From: an uncultured Actinomycetes bacterium | GTDB taxonomy: Bacteria > Actinomycetota > Acidimicrobiia > Acidimicrobiales > RAAP-2 | DNA length: 64,000 bases | NCBI GenBank assembly: GCA_903875425.1 | Contig: CAIQWC010000043.1 | Location: 2,354-66,353, forward strand | Direction of reading: 5' to 3' | Shown: piece after piece, positions 43,499 through 53,996 of the stretch | Position numbering within the stretch: position 1 is the first letter of the stretch | Layout of the letters: each line of letters opens with the position of its first letter | Notes under the pieces: generated by a model | Told to the model about the DNA's origin: nothing | The model's database searches: none | What the model saw: the letters and a program-made list of their open reading frames with translations, nothing else | Translations under genes and position numbers: made by a program

Positions 43499-44599
43499 GT
43501 GAGACGTCTCCTCTTCCCTGTAGTCGCCGTTGTATCCGTGGCCCTTGCTGTTGGTCTGATCCTTGGCTTTAGTGTTCCTTCTAACGCCGCGACCATTGGC
43601 AGTGATGCACTGAGTAACGCTGCATTTCGCACCGAACTCACTACCGTGAGCGCATCGACGCCGTATCTTTGTTACCTCAACGCCTCGTTGCTTTCGAAGT
43701 CCAATGGCCTCAGCGGTCTTGGTCCGGTGTATGCGGCAAATAACAATGGCTGGGCAACTACCTATGCGTCTACCCTGCTTGGCCAACGTGTTGTCGATGA
43801 GACGATTGTGCAGTGGGCGAAGCACCATCCCAACGATCTGGTAGTCACGAAGGCTCAGGCAACCGCAGACCTCATTGCGTCGATGGATGCAGCGATAGGC
43901 ACCGTGGCTGGCTCTTCTTATGCCTGCCAATACACGGGAACTCAGACCTTAGGGAGTATGCCGTCGACCTTTATTAATCAGCAAATTAGCGCTGAACAAG
44001 CGTCGGAGAGTTTTCTCGTGACGCACGGTGGCATTGGTCTTGATACCGCGTCACTCGAGAGGTTCTACGCGCAGAATCTGCGTCGCTTCGACACCATTTG
44101 CGCATCGGGCATTCTTGTTTCCAGCCAGGCGCAAGCTGCAGCACTTCGTACGCAAGTACTCAAGGGAGCGAGTTTTGCTTCCCTGGCGAAGGCCTACTCC
44201 ATAGATAAGGCTTCGGGTGCTAGGGGTGGCGCCTTGGGTTGCTTTGCGCCGCCATCGTCGAGTTACGGCGCTGTGGTGAGTGATTTCCGCGGTGTCGGTG
44301 TCGGTGGCGTTACCAAACCACTACCTTCGGCTCAGGGGACGTATGTGATCTTGATGATGACGAGTCGCGCGCCGAACACCTTTGCCAGCGTTGTTGCTCA
44401 AGTTCGCCAAGCTGCGCTCGGCGCTGATGGCATGAACGCCAAGGCTGCGGCGCAGGCGCTCTTTGTGATGACGCGCATTTCTATTAATCCGGCCTATGGA
44501 TCTTGGAAAGTTAGTGCTGCGGTAAACGGCGTTGTTGTTCCGGTTCTGCCTCCGACGAGTTGGATCCCTAACGCGTCAGTCAATCGACCGTTGGGCTGA
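43499..44599 (+). CDS. Secreted parvulin-type peptidyl-prolyl isomerase (SurA/PrsA-like)
   Basis: Signal peptide MRRLLFPVVAVVSVALAVGLILG...NAA. The C-terminal PpiC-like block is ICASGILVSS...FASLAKAYSIDKASGARGGALGCF...TYVILMMTSR. Confidence 0.6.
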   Translation: MRRLLFPVVAVVSVALAVGLILGFSVPSNAATIGSDALSNAAFRTELTTVSASTPYLCYLNASLLSKSNGLSGLGPVYAANNNGWATTYASTLLGQRVVDETIVQWAKHHPNDLVVTKAQATADLIASMDAAIGTVAGSSYACQYTGTQTLGSMPSTFINQQISAEQASESFLVTHGGIGLDTASLERFYAQNLRRFDTICASGILVSSQAQAAALRTQVLKGASFASLAKAYSIDKASGARGGALGCFAPPSSSYGAVVSDFRGVGVGGVTKPLPSAQGTYVILMMTSRAPNTFASVVAQVRQAALGADGMNAKAAAQALFVMTRISINPAYGSWKVSAAVNGVVVPVLPPTSWIPNASVNRPLG

Positions 44600-44607
44600 G
44601 GTAGAAC

Positions 44608-46008
44608 ATGGCGGGCCGCGTCATAGTGGTTGGGCTTGGGCCGGCCGGCCAAGACTTACTCAGCGCTGCAACGCTGCGCCAGCTCTCAGGGCACCCCCAT
44701 GTGATCTTGCGCACGCGGGTTCATCCGGCTGCCGATGCCTTCCCTAACGCGGAGAGTTTTGATCATCTCTACGAGCAAGCCGAATCCTTTGACCGTCTCT
44801 ACGCAGGAATCGTCGATGACCTTGCCCTCAGGGCCGAGCAATACGGAGAGGTGGTCTACGCCGTTCCGGGCTCGCCTTTGGTGGCGGAGCACACGGTTGA
44901 ACTCTTGCGTCAGCGACCTGATCTTGACGTCATCATCGAGCCGGCTCTGAGTTTTCTCGATCTGTGCTGGAATGCTCTCGAAATCGATCCTGTCGCTAAA
45001 CAAGTACAACTCCTTGATGCGCATCAACTCGGAGACTCGCTTGATTACGGCGGCCCGCTCTTAATTGGACAAACGCACTCTCGCGCAATCTTGAGCGAGG
45101 TCAAGCTCAGTATCGATACCGATATTGCCGGAGATCTCAAGGTGGTCATACTGCACCATCTCGGCCTTCCTGATCAACAGATCCTTTCCTTAGCGTGGAA
45201 TGAACTCGATCACTTTGAAGACGCTGACCACTTGACCTCGCTCTACATCGAGGGCTTGCGCAGCGTGGAGGATGCATCACGTGACCTCGTGGCTATGATG
45301 CGTCGACTTCGAGATGAATGTCCATGGGATCAAAAGCAAACGCATGGTTCCTTGGCCCGACACCTCTTGGAAGAGGCCTACGAGAGTTTGGAAGCGATTG
45401 AAGAACTGAGTCGCTGTCTCGACCAAGGCGATGATTTGAAGCTTGACGCGGCCTATGCCCACGCGGAGGAAGAGCTCGGAGATGTGGTCTTCCAAGTAGT
45501 GTTCCACGCCCACCTCGCAGCCGAGCAAGGCCGCTTTGACCTTGCTCGCGTCTTCGACGGGGTGCGTGAGAAACTCGTCAGTCGTCACCCTCACGTGTTT
45601 GGCGATGCGGTGGCTGAGACCGCAGACGAGGTTGCGAAGCGTTGGGAAGAGATTAAGCGTGAGGAGAAAGGAAGAAACTCGGTGACCGAGGGCATTCCTA
45701 TCGCCTTGCCATCGCTAGCGCGCTACGTGAAACTTTGCCGTAAAGCCGCTGCTATTGGCATGGAAGCGCCCGAACGCGACGCCACGATTGCTCATCTTCG
45801 TCGTAGCCTTGAAACGCTCCACGAGACCACCACGGCTGTCGATGACGCAACGGCTAGTCAGCATGGGGCTGCAGCACGCGATATCGGTGACCTCCTTTGC
45901 GGTGTGGCCGATTTAGCCCACCAACTCGGGGTGGATCCTGAGGAAACACTTCGCCAGCGTGCTTCGATACTGGCTACGGAGATCCAAGATTTCGAGGATG
46001 AGCGCTAA
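44608..46008 (+). CDS. mazG: MazG-family NTP pyrophosphohydrolase fused to an N-terminal tetrapyrrole-methylase-like domain (YabN architecture)
   Basis: The N-terminus VIVVGLGPAG...VVYAVPGSPLVAE is TP_methylase-like. The C-terminus CPWDQKQTH...EEAYESLEAIE...EELGDVVFQVVFHA...RHPHVFG is the MazG core. Confidence 0.8.
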   Translation: MAGRVIVVGLGPAGQDLLSAATLRQLSGHPHVILRTRVHPAADAFPNAESFDHLYEQAESFDRLYAGIVDDLALRAEQYGEVVYAVPGSPLVAEHTVELLRQRPDLDVIIEPALSFLDLCWNALEIDPVAKQVQLLDAHQLGDSLDYGGPLLIGQTHSRAILSEVKLSIDTDIAGDLKVVILHHLGLPDQQILSLAWNELDHFEDADHLTSLYIEGLRSVEDASRDLVAMMRRLRDECPWDQKQTHGSLARHLLEEAYESLEAIEELSRCLDQGDDLKLDAAYAHAEEELGDVVFQVVFHAHLAAEQGRFDLARVFDGVREKLVSRHPHVFGDAVAETADEVAKRWEEIKREEKGRNSVTEGIPIALPSLARYVKLCRKAAAIGMEAPERDATIAHLRRSLETLHETTTAVDDATASQHGAAARDIGDLLCGVADLAHQLGVDPEETLRQRASILATEIQDFEDER

Positions 46009-46067
46009 ATCTGGCACGGTGCCCCAGGTAGAGCTAGTGGTAGCGGTAGCGTTGGTGTCACCATTGA

Positions 46068-47891
<1,824 letters not shown>

Positions 47892-47895
<4 letters not shown>

Positions 47896-48398
47896 TCATG
47901 TGGTCGGCAACGCCGGCCGACGTCGAGCTCGTCACCCGCCTGCTTGGACGTAGCCCGGAGGGTCCCTTCCGTGTCGTGGTGAGGCGAGATGGTCGAGATC
48001 CCGTTGTCATAGAAAACGCCCCTCACTTACTAGATGGCACACCCATGCCGACGCTCTACTGGCTCCTTGATCCCCCCCTTCGTGATGCTGTCAGTCGCGT
48101 CGAAGCAGCGGGAGGTGTCAAGCGCATCCAAGAGATGGTTGATCCAGATCTGGTGGCCGCGGCTCACGATACCTATCGGCGCCGGCGTGAGAGTCTTGTT
48201 GAACGCCATGATCTTCCCCAGCCATCTGGTGGCGTGGGCGGAACCCGTCGTGGCCTCAAGTGTCTTCACGCCCACGTGGCTTACTTCTTAGCGGGGGGCG
48301 ATGATGAGGTGGGTCGCGTGGTAGCTAACGAGGTCAAAGAAGCCTTACTCGGTGTTGCACCGGTGAATGATCTGCCTGTGTCAGGCTCTACGCCGTGA
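47892..48398 (+). CDS. DUF501-domain protein
   Basis: PMPTLYWL and LKCLHAHVAYFLAGGDD are characteristic of DUF501. ATGA overlap on the upstream side and GTGA overlap on the downstream side. Confidence 0.65.
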
Positions 48399-49336
48399 CG
48401 AGCGATTACCGAGCCGCGATCGACTGCGGAACGAACTCGACGAGGCTCTTGATTATCGATAGCCATGGCGTCAGCGTGTTTCGCGACATGAGAATTACAC
48501 GACTCGGCCAAGGCGTTGATGCCACGGGTGAATTAGCTCCAGAAGCGCTGCAGCGAACCCTGAGCGTGCTGCGCGACTATCGCTCCCTTTGTGATTCGTA
48601 CGGCGTGAGCCGGGGGCGCCTTGCTGCCACCTCGGCGGCGAGAGATGCTTCGAATGGCTCTGAATTTCTCGCTGAAGCAAGCCGCATTAGTGGCTTCGAG
48701 GCCGAGATTATCTCGGGCGTTGAAGAAGGCGAACTGAGTTTTGCGGGAGCCATGGCCGACCTAGATTCCTGCGGCGCCGATGATCTGGTGATCGATATTG
48801 GTGGCGGATCCACCGAGATCGTCTTGGTTCGAAACACCGTCTTGAAGGCCTACTCAATGCAGGTGGGCTGTGTTCGGATAACGGAACGCGCCCTCAGCGG
48901 TGATCCGCCAGGGACGGGCGAAGTTGCCGAGGCCAAAGCCCTGATCGCCAGCCAACTCGAACTCGCGATTACGGCCATTCCCGAATTGCTAGCGCTAAAG
49001 CCAGGTAGTCGACTCGTTGGGCTAGCCGGCACGGTCGCCACGCTGAGCATGATTGACCAAGGACGTTTGGTCTACGACCGTGACGAGGTCCATCATCACT
49101 GGTTGAGCGCCGAGCGGATTTCTTATTGGGCTAGCGAACTATCGACTATGCCCGTGGCGAAGCGTATCCTCCTCCCGGGGATGGTCGAGGGCCGTCAAGA
49201 CGTTATTCTCGGCGGTGTGCTCGTTCTCGAAGCAGTACTCACGCGTCTTGGCCTCGATGGTTGTCTCAGCTCAGAAGCCGACATCCTCGATGGTCTTGCT
49301 GCATCGGTGTCCGCGTCCCCGAGCGCTCAGGGCTAG
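48395..49336 (+). CDS. Ppx/GppA-family phosphatase (exopolyphosphatase-like)
   Basis: AAIDCGTNSTRLLI, ATSAARDASN and DIGGGSTE (ASKHA fold motifs). Confidence 0.8.
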   Translation: MTSDYRAAIDCGTNSTRLLIIDSHGVSVFRDMRITRLGQGVDATGELAPEALQRTLSVLRDYRSLCDSYGVSRGRLAATSAARDASNGSEFLAEASRISGFEAEIISGVEEGELSFAGAMADLDSCGADDLVIDIGGGSTEIVLVRNTVLKAYSMQVGCVRITERALSGDPPGTGEVAEAKALIASQLELAITAIPELLALKPGSRLVGLAGTVATLSMIDQGRLVYDRDEVHHHWLSAERISYWASELSTMPVAKRILLPGMVEGRQDVILGGVLVLEAVLTRLGLDGCLSSEADILDGLAASVSASPSAQG

Positions 49337-49370
49337 GCGTTAGGGGTGCCGTAATGGGATCGCAGGAGCC

Positions 49371-50003
49371 ATGGTTATGAGGTTGGGTCGGACGGGAAAC
49401 CCGATACCTTTAAGCAAGCACGGTCGCCGGGTGACGATTCGTACCTTGGATCCGACCGACTATGAGCAGTGGATAGAGATTCGCGAGCGCTGTCGCGATT
49501 GGTTACTGCCTTGGGAGCCGCGCCCGGCCGGAGCGACGTATCCGCCAGAAGATCGTCACAGTTTTGCAAGCCGGTGTGCCATGCGAGAGCGTGAGCGGCA
49601 ACTAGGTGGCGGTTTTGGATTTGGCATCTTCGTTGGACCTCGCCTAGTAGGCGAATTAACCCTCTCTTCGGTAATCCGCGGCCCATTTCAAAATGCAGTG
49701 ATTGGATACTGGATCGATAGCGCCCAAGCTGGAAAGGGCTACGTTCCCGAAGCGGTAGCGGTTACGCTGGCCTACGCTTTTGACGAACTCGGGCTGCACC
49801 GCATCGAGATCGCTATCATTCCGAGTAACGAGCGATCTCGTCGAGTGGTGGAGAAGCTCGATATCCGCTTCGAAGGCGTTGCTCAGCGTTTTTTACAAAT
49901 TAATGGTGTGTGGGAGGACCATGCACGATATGCCATCACGGCCGAGGAATGGCGCGAGCGGCGCGACGAGTTCCTCAAAGACTGGATTCTTCCCGAGCTT
50001 TAG
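49371..50003 (+). CDS. GNAT-family N-acetyltransferase (RimJ/RimL-like)
   Basis: IGYWIDSAQAGKGYVPEAV...LGLHRIEIAIIPSNERSRRVVEKL is typical of the RimJ-type acetyl-CoA binding region. Confidence 0.7.
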   Translation: MVMRLGRTGNPIPLSKHGRRVTIRTLDPTDYEQWIEIRERCRDWLLPWEPRPAGATYPPEDRHSFASRCAMRERERQLGGGFGFGIFVGPRLVGELTLSSVIRGPFQNAVIGYWIDSAQAGKGYVPEAVAVTLAYAFDELGLHRIEIAIIPSNERSRRVVEKLDIRFEGVAQRFLQINGVWEDHARYAITAEEWRERRDEFLKDWILPEL

Positions 50004-50983
50004 TACTCGCTCCCCACGAGTTCGATACTTCGGGCGTAGCGAATTTCAGGGAGCGTGACGACTCGCACGGTACCCGTCTTGAATTCTCGGCGGACGCGAG
50101 CCAACGTTTTAGTAGCCTTCGATTCGCTCAGACCAACAGCCAAGAGCGTGCGTTCTCCGCTTCGCCCGGTAACTAAGGGTGTCGCGATGAGACTAGCGCG
50201 ATAGCAAGCCTCGGAGATTTCTTGAAGGGTGAGAATTTCTGGCGTTTCCAATCCGAGTAGTCGCGGCAACGTGCGAGAGCTTCGGACCCTGGCGAGATCC
50301 CCGAGCATCTGCAGCGAGTCTTTGGCCAGCCGCAGGTGACTTCCCGAAACATCTCGCCAATCCACGCTGACCTCGAAGGGGTTAACACCGAGGCTCGAAG
50401 CTCGGACCAAGAGTTCGACATCGAAGGCGAAGCGTTGGGTCGACACGAGGTGAAAGAGCACCTTGGCCCATGAGGTCTGCATCCCTTTCCACCCACACTG
50501 GGTGTCACGAAGGCTGACGGATGAAACGCTGCGAACCAGTGCGTTGAACGTACGGCTGGCACACGTGCGTAGCGCCGTTTCGTAATCTACGTAACCCTTC
50601 AATGCTCGCGAGCCGACACAGAGTCGGTGCATTACCAAGGCGTCGAGCATCTCGGGGAACTGCCTAGGATCGATAGCGAAGTCGGCATCAGTGAAGATCA
50701 CCAGCGGCGTCTCGACGGCAAAGATTCCTCGGCGCACCGCCGCCCCCTTACCCTGATTGCGTTCGAGAGATAAGAGTTTTCCGTGAGGAAGTTGTCCAAT
50801 AAGCCCTTGTGCGACCTCAGCCGTATCGTCCTTGGACCCGTCATCGACGTAGAGCAGCGCAGTGGTTTCGAGGTCGACCCGACCCTCTTCGGCGGCGGCG
50901 AGAAGCCGAGCAAAGCCGGTTTTAAGCCGTTCTCCTTCGTTGTGGGCGGGTATCACGATGGTGGCCCGGGGTATGGTCGTCAC
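50000..50983 (-). CDS. Family 2 glycosyltransferase (polyprenyl-phosphate hexosyltransferase-like) with a ~100-aa C-terminal extension
   Basis: VIPAHNEGERL, YVDDGSKDDT, NQGKGAAVRRG and FTDADF (DxD). Confidence 0.75.
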   Translation of the reverse strand: MTTIPRATIVIPAHNEGERLKTGFARLLAAAEEGRVDLETTALLYVDDGSKDDTAEVAQGLIGQLPHGKLLSLERNQGKGAAVRRGIFAVETPLVIFTDADFAIDPRQFPEMLDALVMHRLCVGSRALKGYVDYETALRTCASRTFNALVRSVSSVSLRDTQCGWKGMQTSWAKVLFHLVSTQRFAFDVELLVRASSLGVNPFEVSVDWRDVSGSHLRLAKDSLQMLGDLARVRSSRTLPRLLGLETPEILTLQEISEACYRASLIATPLVTGRSGERTLLAVGLSESKATKTLARVRREFKTGTVRVVTLPEIRYARSIELVGSEY

Positions 50984-51083
50984 GATGGCACATCAGAAGG
51001 CATGTCTGAAAAGATACTCATGTATTCTTTGGATCTGGTTTCGCTAAGGACTATTGTGCTTTTACTCGTGTTATGACGAGGAC

Positions 51084-51156
51084 GGGGGCGTAGCCCAATG
51101 GCAGAGGCAGGGCGCTTAAACCGCCTCCAGTGAGGGTTCGAGTCCCTTCGCCCCCA
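51084..51156 (+). tRNA. Atypical tRNA with anticodon UAA (nominally Leu) but class-I shape (5-nt variable loop)
   Basis: Folded by hand. Acceptor GGGGGCG/CGCCCCC, discriminator A, D stem GCC/GGC (3 bp, C13/A22 mismatch), anticodon arm GGGCG-CTTAAAC-CGCCT, variable CCAGT, T arm GAGGG-TTCGAGT-CCCTT. 73 nt, no encoded CCA. Confidence 0.65.
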
Positions 51157-51186
51157 CTAAATAGTCAATTTCAGGCCCATTACGGC

Positions 51187-52026
51187 GTGAGGGTGGGCAG
51201 TCACCCTGTATCGTGGTCACCCGTGGCACAGAGCCCTACAGGCAAAGCAGTATCGAAGGTCGCTTCCACCGGCGGCGGGCGCACCTATCGAGCACAACGT
51301 CCAAACACGTATTACGCGGTTCTGGTCGTTATCGTGGTGCTGGGCCTGGCCTCAGTCGTCGCTGCCCGTTCGAGTTACAAAAATGGCGCCGTGACGACGA
51401 CGAGCGCTGCTTCGCTTCCTCAAGCAGGTACCACCACCTACGCTGCGCTGGCTTTTGATTTCTGTGGTGTCTTGCAGCCAACACTCCCCGCGGCACCTGT
51501 GGCATTGTCGTCCATTCAGGTGATTGGAAACGGTGTTATCAAGATTGCTCCTAAGGATGCAACGACGGCTGGATCTAATTCCACGATGGCGTTGGTTGCC
51601 AAGGGTTACCCGGGATTAAAGTTGAGTGCTACGTCGGTTTCATATCCCTCGAACGCGATAAGCAATGCTTCGGTCACCTACAAGAACGGTGAAACATGCC
51701 CAGCGGGTACGCCTGACGCGGGTAAAACGGCTCAAGTTGGCGCAGCGCTGTGGTCAAGCTTCGTGTCTAAGACCCCGGTGATTAATGCGAACCCGGCAAG
51801 CGCACACGTGCAGGGAAGCTCGCTGATCACGGTTTCCTTTGTTCCTTCTGGCGCCACGGTATTGCGTCCTTCGCAAGCGTCGATTACTCAAATGCTGAAA
51901 GAAAACGCGGGAAGTGTAGCGACGACGTCGACGTCGACGTCGACGTCGACGACCTCGACCACCACGTCTCCGTCAACAACGACCACGACGATGGCACGTA
52001 CCTCCACAACTACCAAGCAGGGATAG
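51187..52026 (+). CDS. Membrane-anchored extracytoplasmic protein with a Thr/Ser-rich C-terminal tail; function unknown
   Basis: Track ORF 51130..52026 begins inside the tRNA. In-frame GTG candidates are at 51187, 51193 and 51223, so the start is uncertain. TM anchor YYAVLVVIVVLGLASVVAA, a ~170-aa ordered-looking domain, then TSTSTSTSTTSTTTSPSTTTTT. Confidence 0.5.
   Translation: MRVGSHPVSWSPVAQSPTGKAVSKVASTGGGRTYRAQRPNTYYAVLVVIVVLGLASVVAARSSYKNGAVTTTSAASLPQAGTTTYAALAFDFCGVLQPTLPAAPVALSSIQVIGNGVIKIAPKDATTAGSNSTMALVAKGYPGLKLSATSVSYPSNAISNASVTYKNGETCPAGTPDAGKTAQVGAALWSSFVSKTPVINANPASAHVQGSSLITVSFVPSGATVLRPSQASITQMLKENAGSVATTSTSTSTSTTSTTTSPSTTTTTMARTSTTTKQG
51921..51953. repeat. Palindromic hexanucleotide microsatellite (GACGTC)x4 with flanking GAC triplets, coding
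   Basis: 51924-51947 is GACGTC x4 (each unit is self-complementary) within GAC GACGTC... GAC GAC. It encodes the (TS)n tail. Confidence 0.8.
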
Positions 52027-52029
52027 GCC

Positions 52030-53040
52030 GTGAAGGCCATCGTCTTGGTGGGTGGTGAAGGAACGCGTATGCGTCCCCTCACCTATACGACACCGAAGCA
52101 GTTACTGCCGCTGCTCGGGTCACCAATTTTTGAGGACGTGGTGCTCCACTTGGCCGCCCATGGCATTGATGAAATCATCTTGTCGCTTGGCTACCTACCC
52201 AATGCGTTCATTGAGCACTACCCGAAGGGTGAATGCCGGGGGGTGCGTCTTCACTACGTGGTTGAACCGAAGCCGCTAGACACTGCTGGCGCCGTTCGTT
52301 TTGCAGCTGAAGGCTTTGTCACCCATGACACCTTTGTGGTGGTCAACGGAGATGTCTTGACTGACCTAGATCTCACCGCATTGATCAGCTTCCACCGCAG
52401 GTCAGGTGCGCAAGGGACGATTGCGCTGCACCCCGTGGCGGATCCTTCGCGCTTTGGCGTAGTACCCACCGACAGCGCTGGCCGCGTGATCGCCTTTGTG
52501 GAAAAACCTGCTCGCGATGAGGCTCCCACAAACTTGATTAACGCCGGAACCTACGTGTTCGAATCTTCAGTCTTGGATCGCATCCCCTTGGGCGAGCGAG
52601 TCTCCATTGAGCGCACTACCTTCCCCGAGATGGTGCGTGATGGTCAGTTATTTGCCAAAGCCGATGAGTCCTATTGGCTGGATACGGGGACGCCTCAGTC
52701 CTATCTCCAGGCGCACGATGATTTACTCTCAGGCCGTCGGCAAGGGGCCCAGGACCTCGTAAATGGCTCCTATATTGCCGACGACGCTCAGGTGGGCGCG
52801 GCCAGCGTCTCAGCGTCATCGGTGGGCTCCGGCAGTATTTTGGGGATTGGGGTCAAGGTTTTCAACTCGGTGTTGCTGCCAGGGGTCCATCTGGAGGATG
52901 GTTGCACCGTTGAGAACTCCATTCTTGGCAAGCACGTCCGCGTTGGTGCCGGAAGCACCATTCGTAATGGATCCGTAGTGGGCGATGGGGCGGCGGTGTC
53001 GGCCGGTGTCACGATTGACGCAGAGAAGGTAGAAGCGTGA
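52030..53040 (+). CDS. Sugar-1-phosphate nucleotidyltransferase (mannose-1-phosphate guanylyltransferase-like) with C-terminal hexapeptide repeats
   Basis: MKAIVLVGGEGTRMRPLTYTTPKQLLP (G-x-G-T-R-x-x-P-x-T), NGDVLTD and EKP. GTG start. Confidence 0.8.
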   Translation: MKAIVLVGGEGTRMRPLTYTTPKQLLPLLGSPIFEDVVLHLAAHGIDEIILSLGYLPNAFIEHYPKGECRGVRLHYVVEPKPLDTAGAVRFAAEGFVTHDTFVVVNGDVLTDLDLTALISFHRRSGAQGTIALHPVADPSRFGVVPTDSAGRVIAFVEKPARDEAPTNLINAGTYVFESSVLDRIPLGERVSIERTTFPEMVRDGQLFAKADESYWLDTGTPQSYLQAHDDLLSGRRQGAQDLVNGSYIADDAQVGAASVSASSVGSGSILGIGVKVFNSVLLPGVHLEDGCTVENSILGKHVRVGAGSTIRNGSVVGDGAAVSAGVTIDAEKVEA

Positions 53041-53993
53041 CGGCTCGGGTGCTGGTAACAGGAGGAGCCGGATTCATTGGCTCGACACTTGTTGACCGCC
53101 TGATCGCCGAAGGGTACGAGGTCGACGTTATCGATGATCTCTCAACGGGGAAGCTGGCAAATCTCGCTGAGGCTCGAAAGACGGGACGGCTGAATTTTCA
53201 TCAGCTCGATATTCGAGGTGAATCAGTAATTGGCCTTATTGAACGTCGACGCCCCGAGGTGATTTTTCATCTCGCAGCCCAGGCTGACGTACGCGTTTCT
53301 GTGGAGAGACCCTCATTCGACGCGGCTGTCAATATTCTTGGGTCGATCAACATCATGGAGGGTGCGCGCTTGGGCGGTACCCGACGCATTGTCGCCGCAG
53401 CGTCGGGCGGTACGCTCTATGGCGAGCCGGCCGATGAAGATATCCCTACGCGAGAAACGGTAGAACACCACCCATTATCACCGTACGGTGTTTCTAAGAA
53501 ATCCATGATCGACTATCTGGCCGCGTACCGCGCCTTGCACAACGTTGAGTACGTAGCCCTCGCTCTGGCCAATGTGTATGGCCCACGCCAGGACCCCCAT
53601 GGCGAAGCTGGGGTGGTAGCGATCTTTGCTGAGCGCCTACTTCGGGGCCATGAGGTCAAGATTTTCGGTGATGGCGAACAGACTCGTGACTTTGTTTACG
53701 TCGACGATGTCGCAGATGCATTCGTGCGCGCCAGTGAGCGCTCTGGCGGTCTTGTAATCAATATCGGGACGGGTTCGGAGACTTCCGTAAATGAGCTCTA
53801 TGACGCGATGGCCTCATCCCTGGGTGTGACGACACCAGCGTTCAAGGCTCCTGCACGGATCGGAGAGATCAATCGCAGTTGTCTTGATGTCGCTCGGGCC
53901 AAGATGCAACTGGATTGGATGTCGTGGACCACGATCGAGGAGGGCACCTCCGCGACGATCGAGTTCATCCGCCAGCAACTTGCTCAAGCTTAG
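53037..53993 (+). CDS. NAD-dependent epimerase/dehydratase (UDP-glucose 4-epimerase-like SDR)
   Basis: VLVTGGAGFIGSTLV Rossmann motif and catalytic YGVSKKS (YxxxK). 4-nt overlap with the upstream gene. Confidence 0.8.
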   Translation: MTARVLVTGGAGFIGSTLVDRLIAEGYEVDVIDDLSTGKLANLAEARKTGRLNFHQLDIRGESVIGLIERRRPEVIFHLAAQADVRVSVERPSFDAAVNILGSINIMEGARLGGTRRIVAAASGGTLYGEPADEDIPTRETVEHHPLSPYGVSKKSMIDYLAAYRALHNVEYVALALANVYGPRQDPHGEAGVVAIFAERLLRGHEVKIFGDGEQTRDFVYVDDVADAFVRASERSGGLVINIGTGSETSVNELYDAMASSLGVTTPAFKAPARIGEINRSCLDVARAKMQLDWMSWTTIEEGTSATIEFIRQQLAQA

Positions 53994-53996
53994 GTA

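Noticed and set aside
50984-51083. A mobile-element integration site next to the atypical tRNA (and likewise next to tRNA-Gln at 36431).
   Set aside because: No integrase, excisionase or transposase genes are in the window. I saw no direct repeat of either tRNA 3' end.
51130-51186. The track start of the 298-aa ORF.
   Set aside because: It begins inside the tRNA (51084-51156), so the real start must be downstream.
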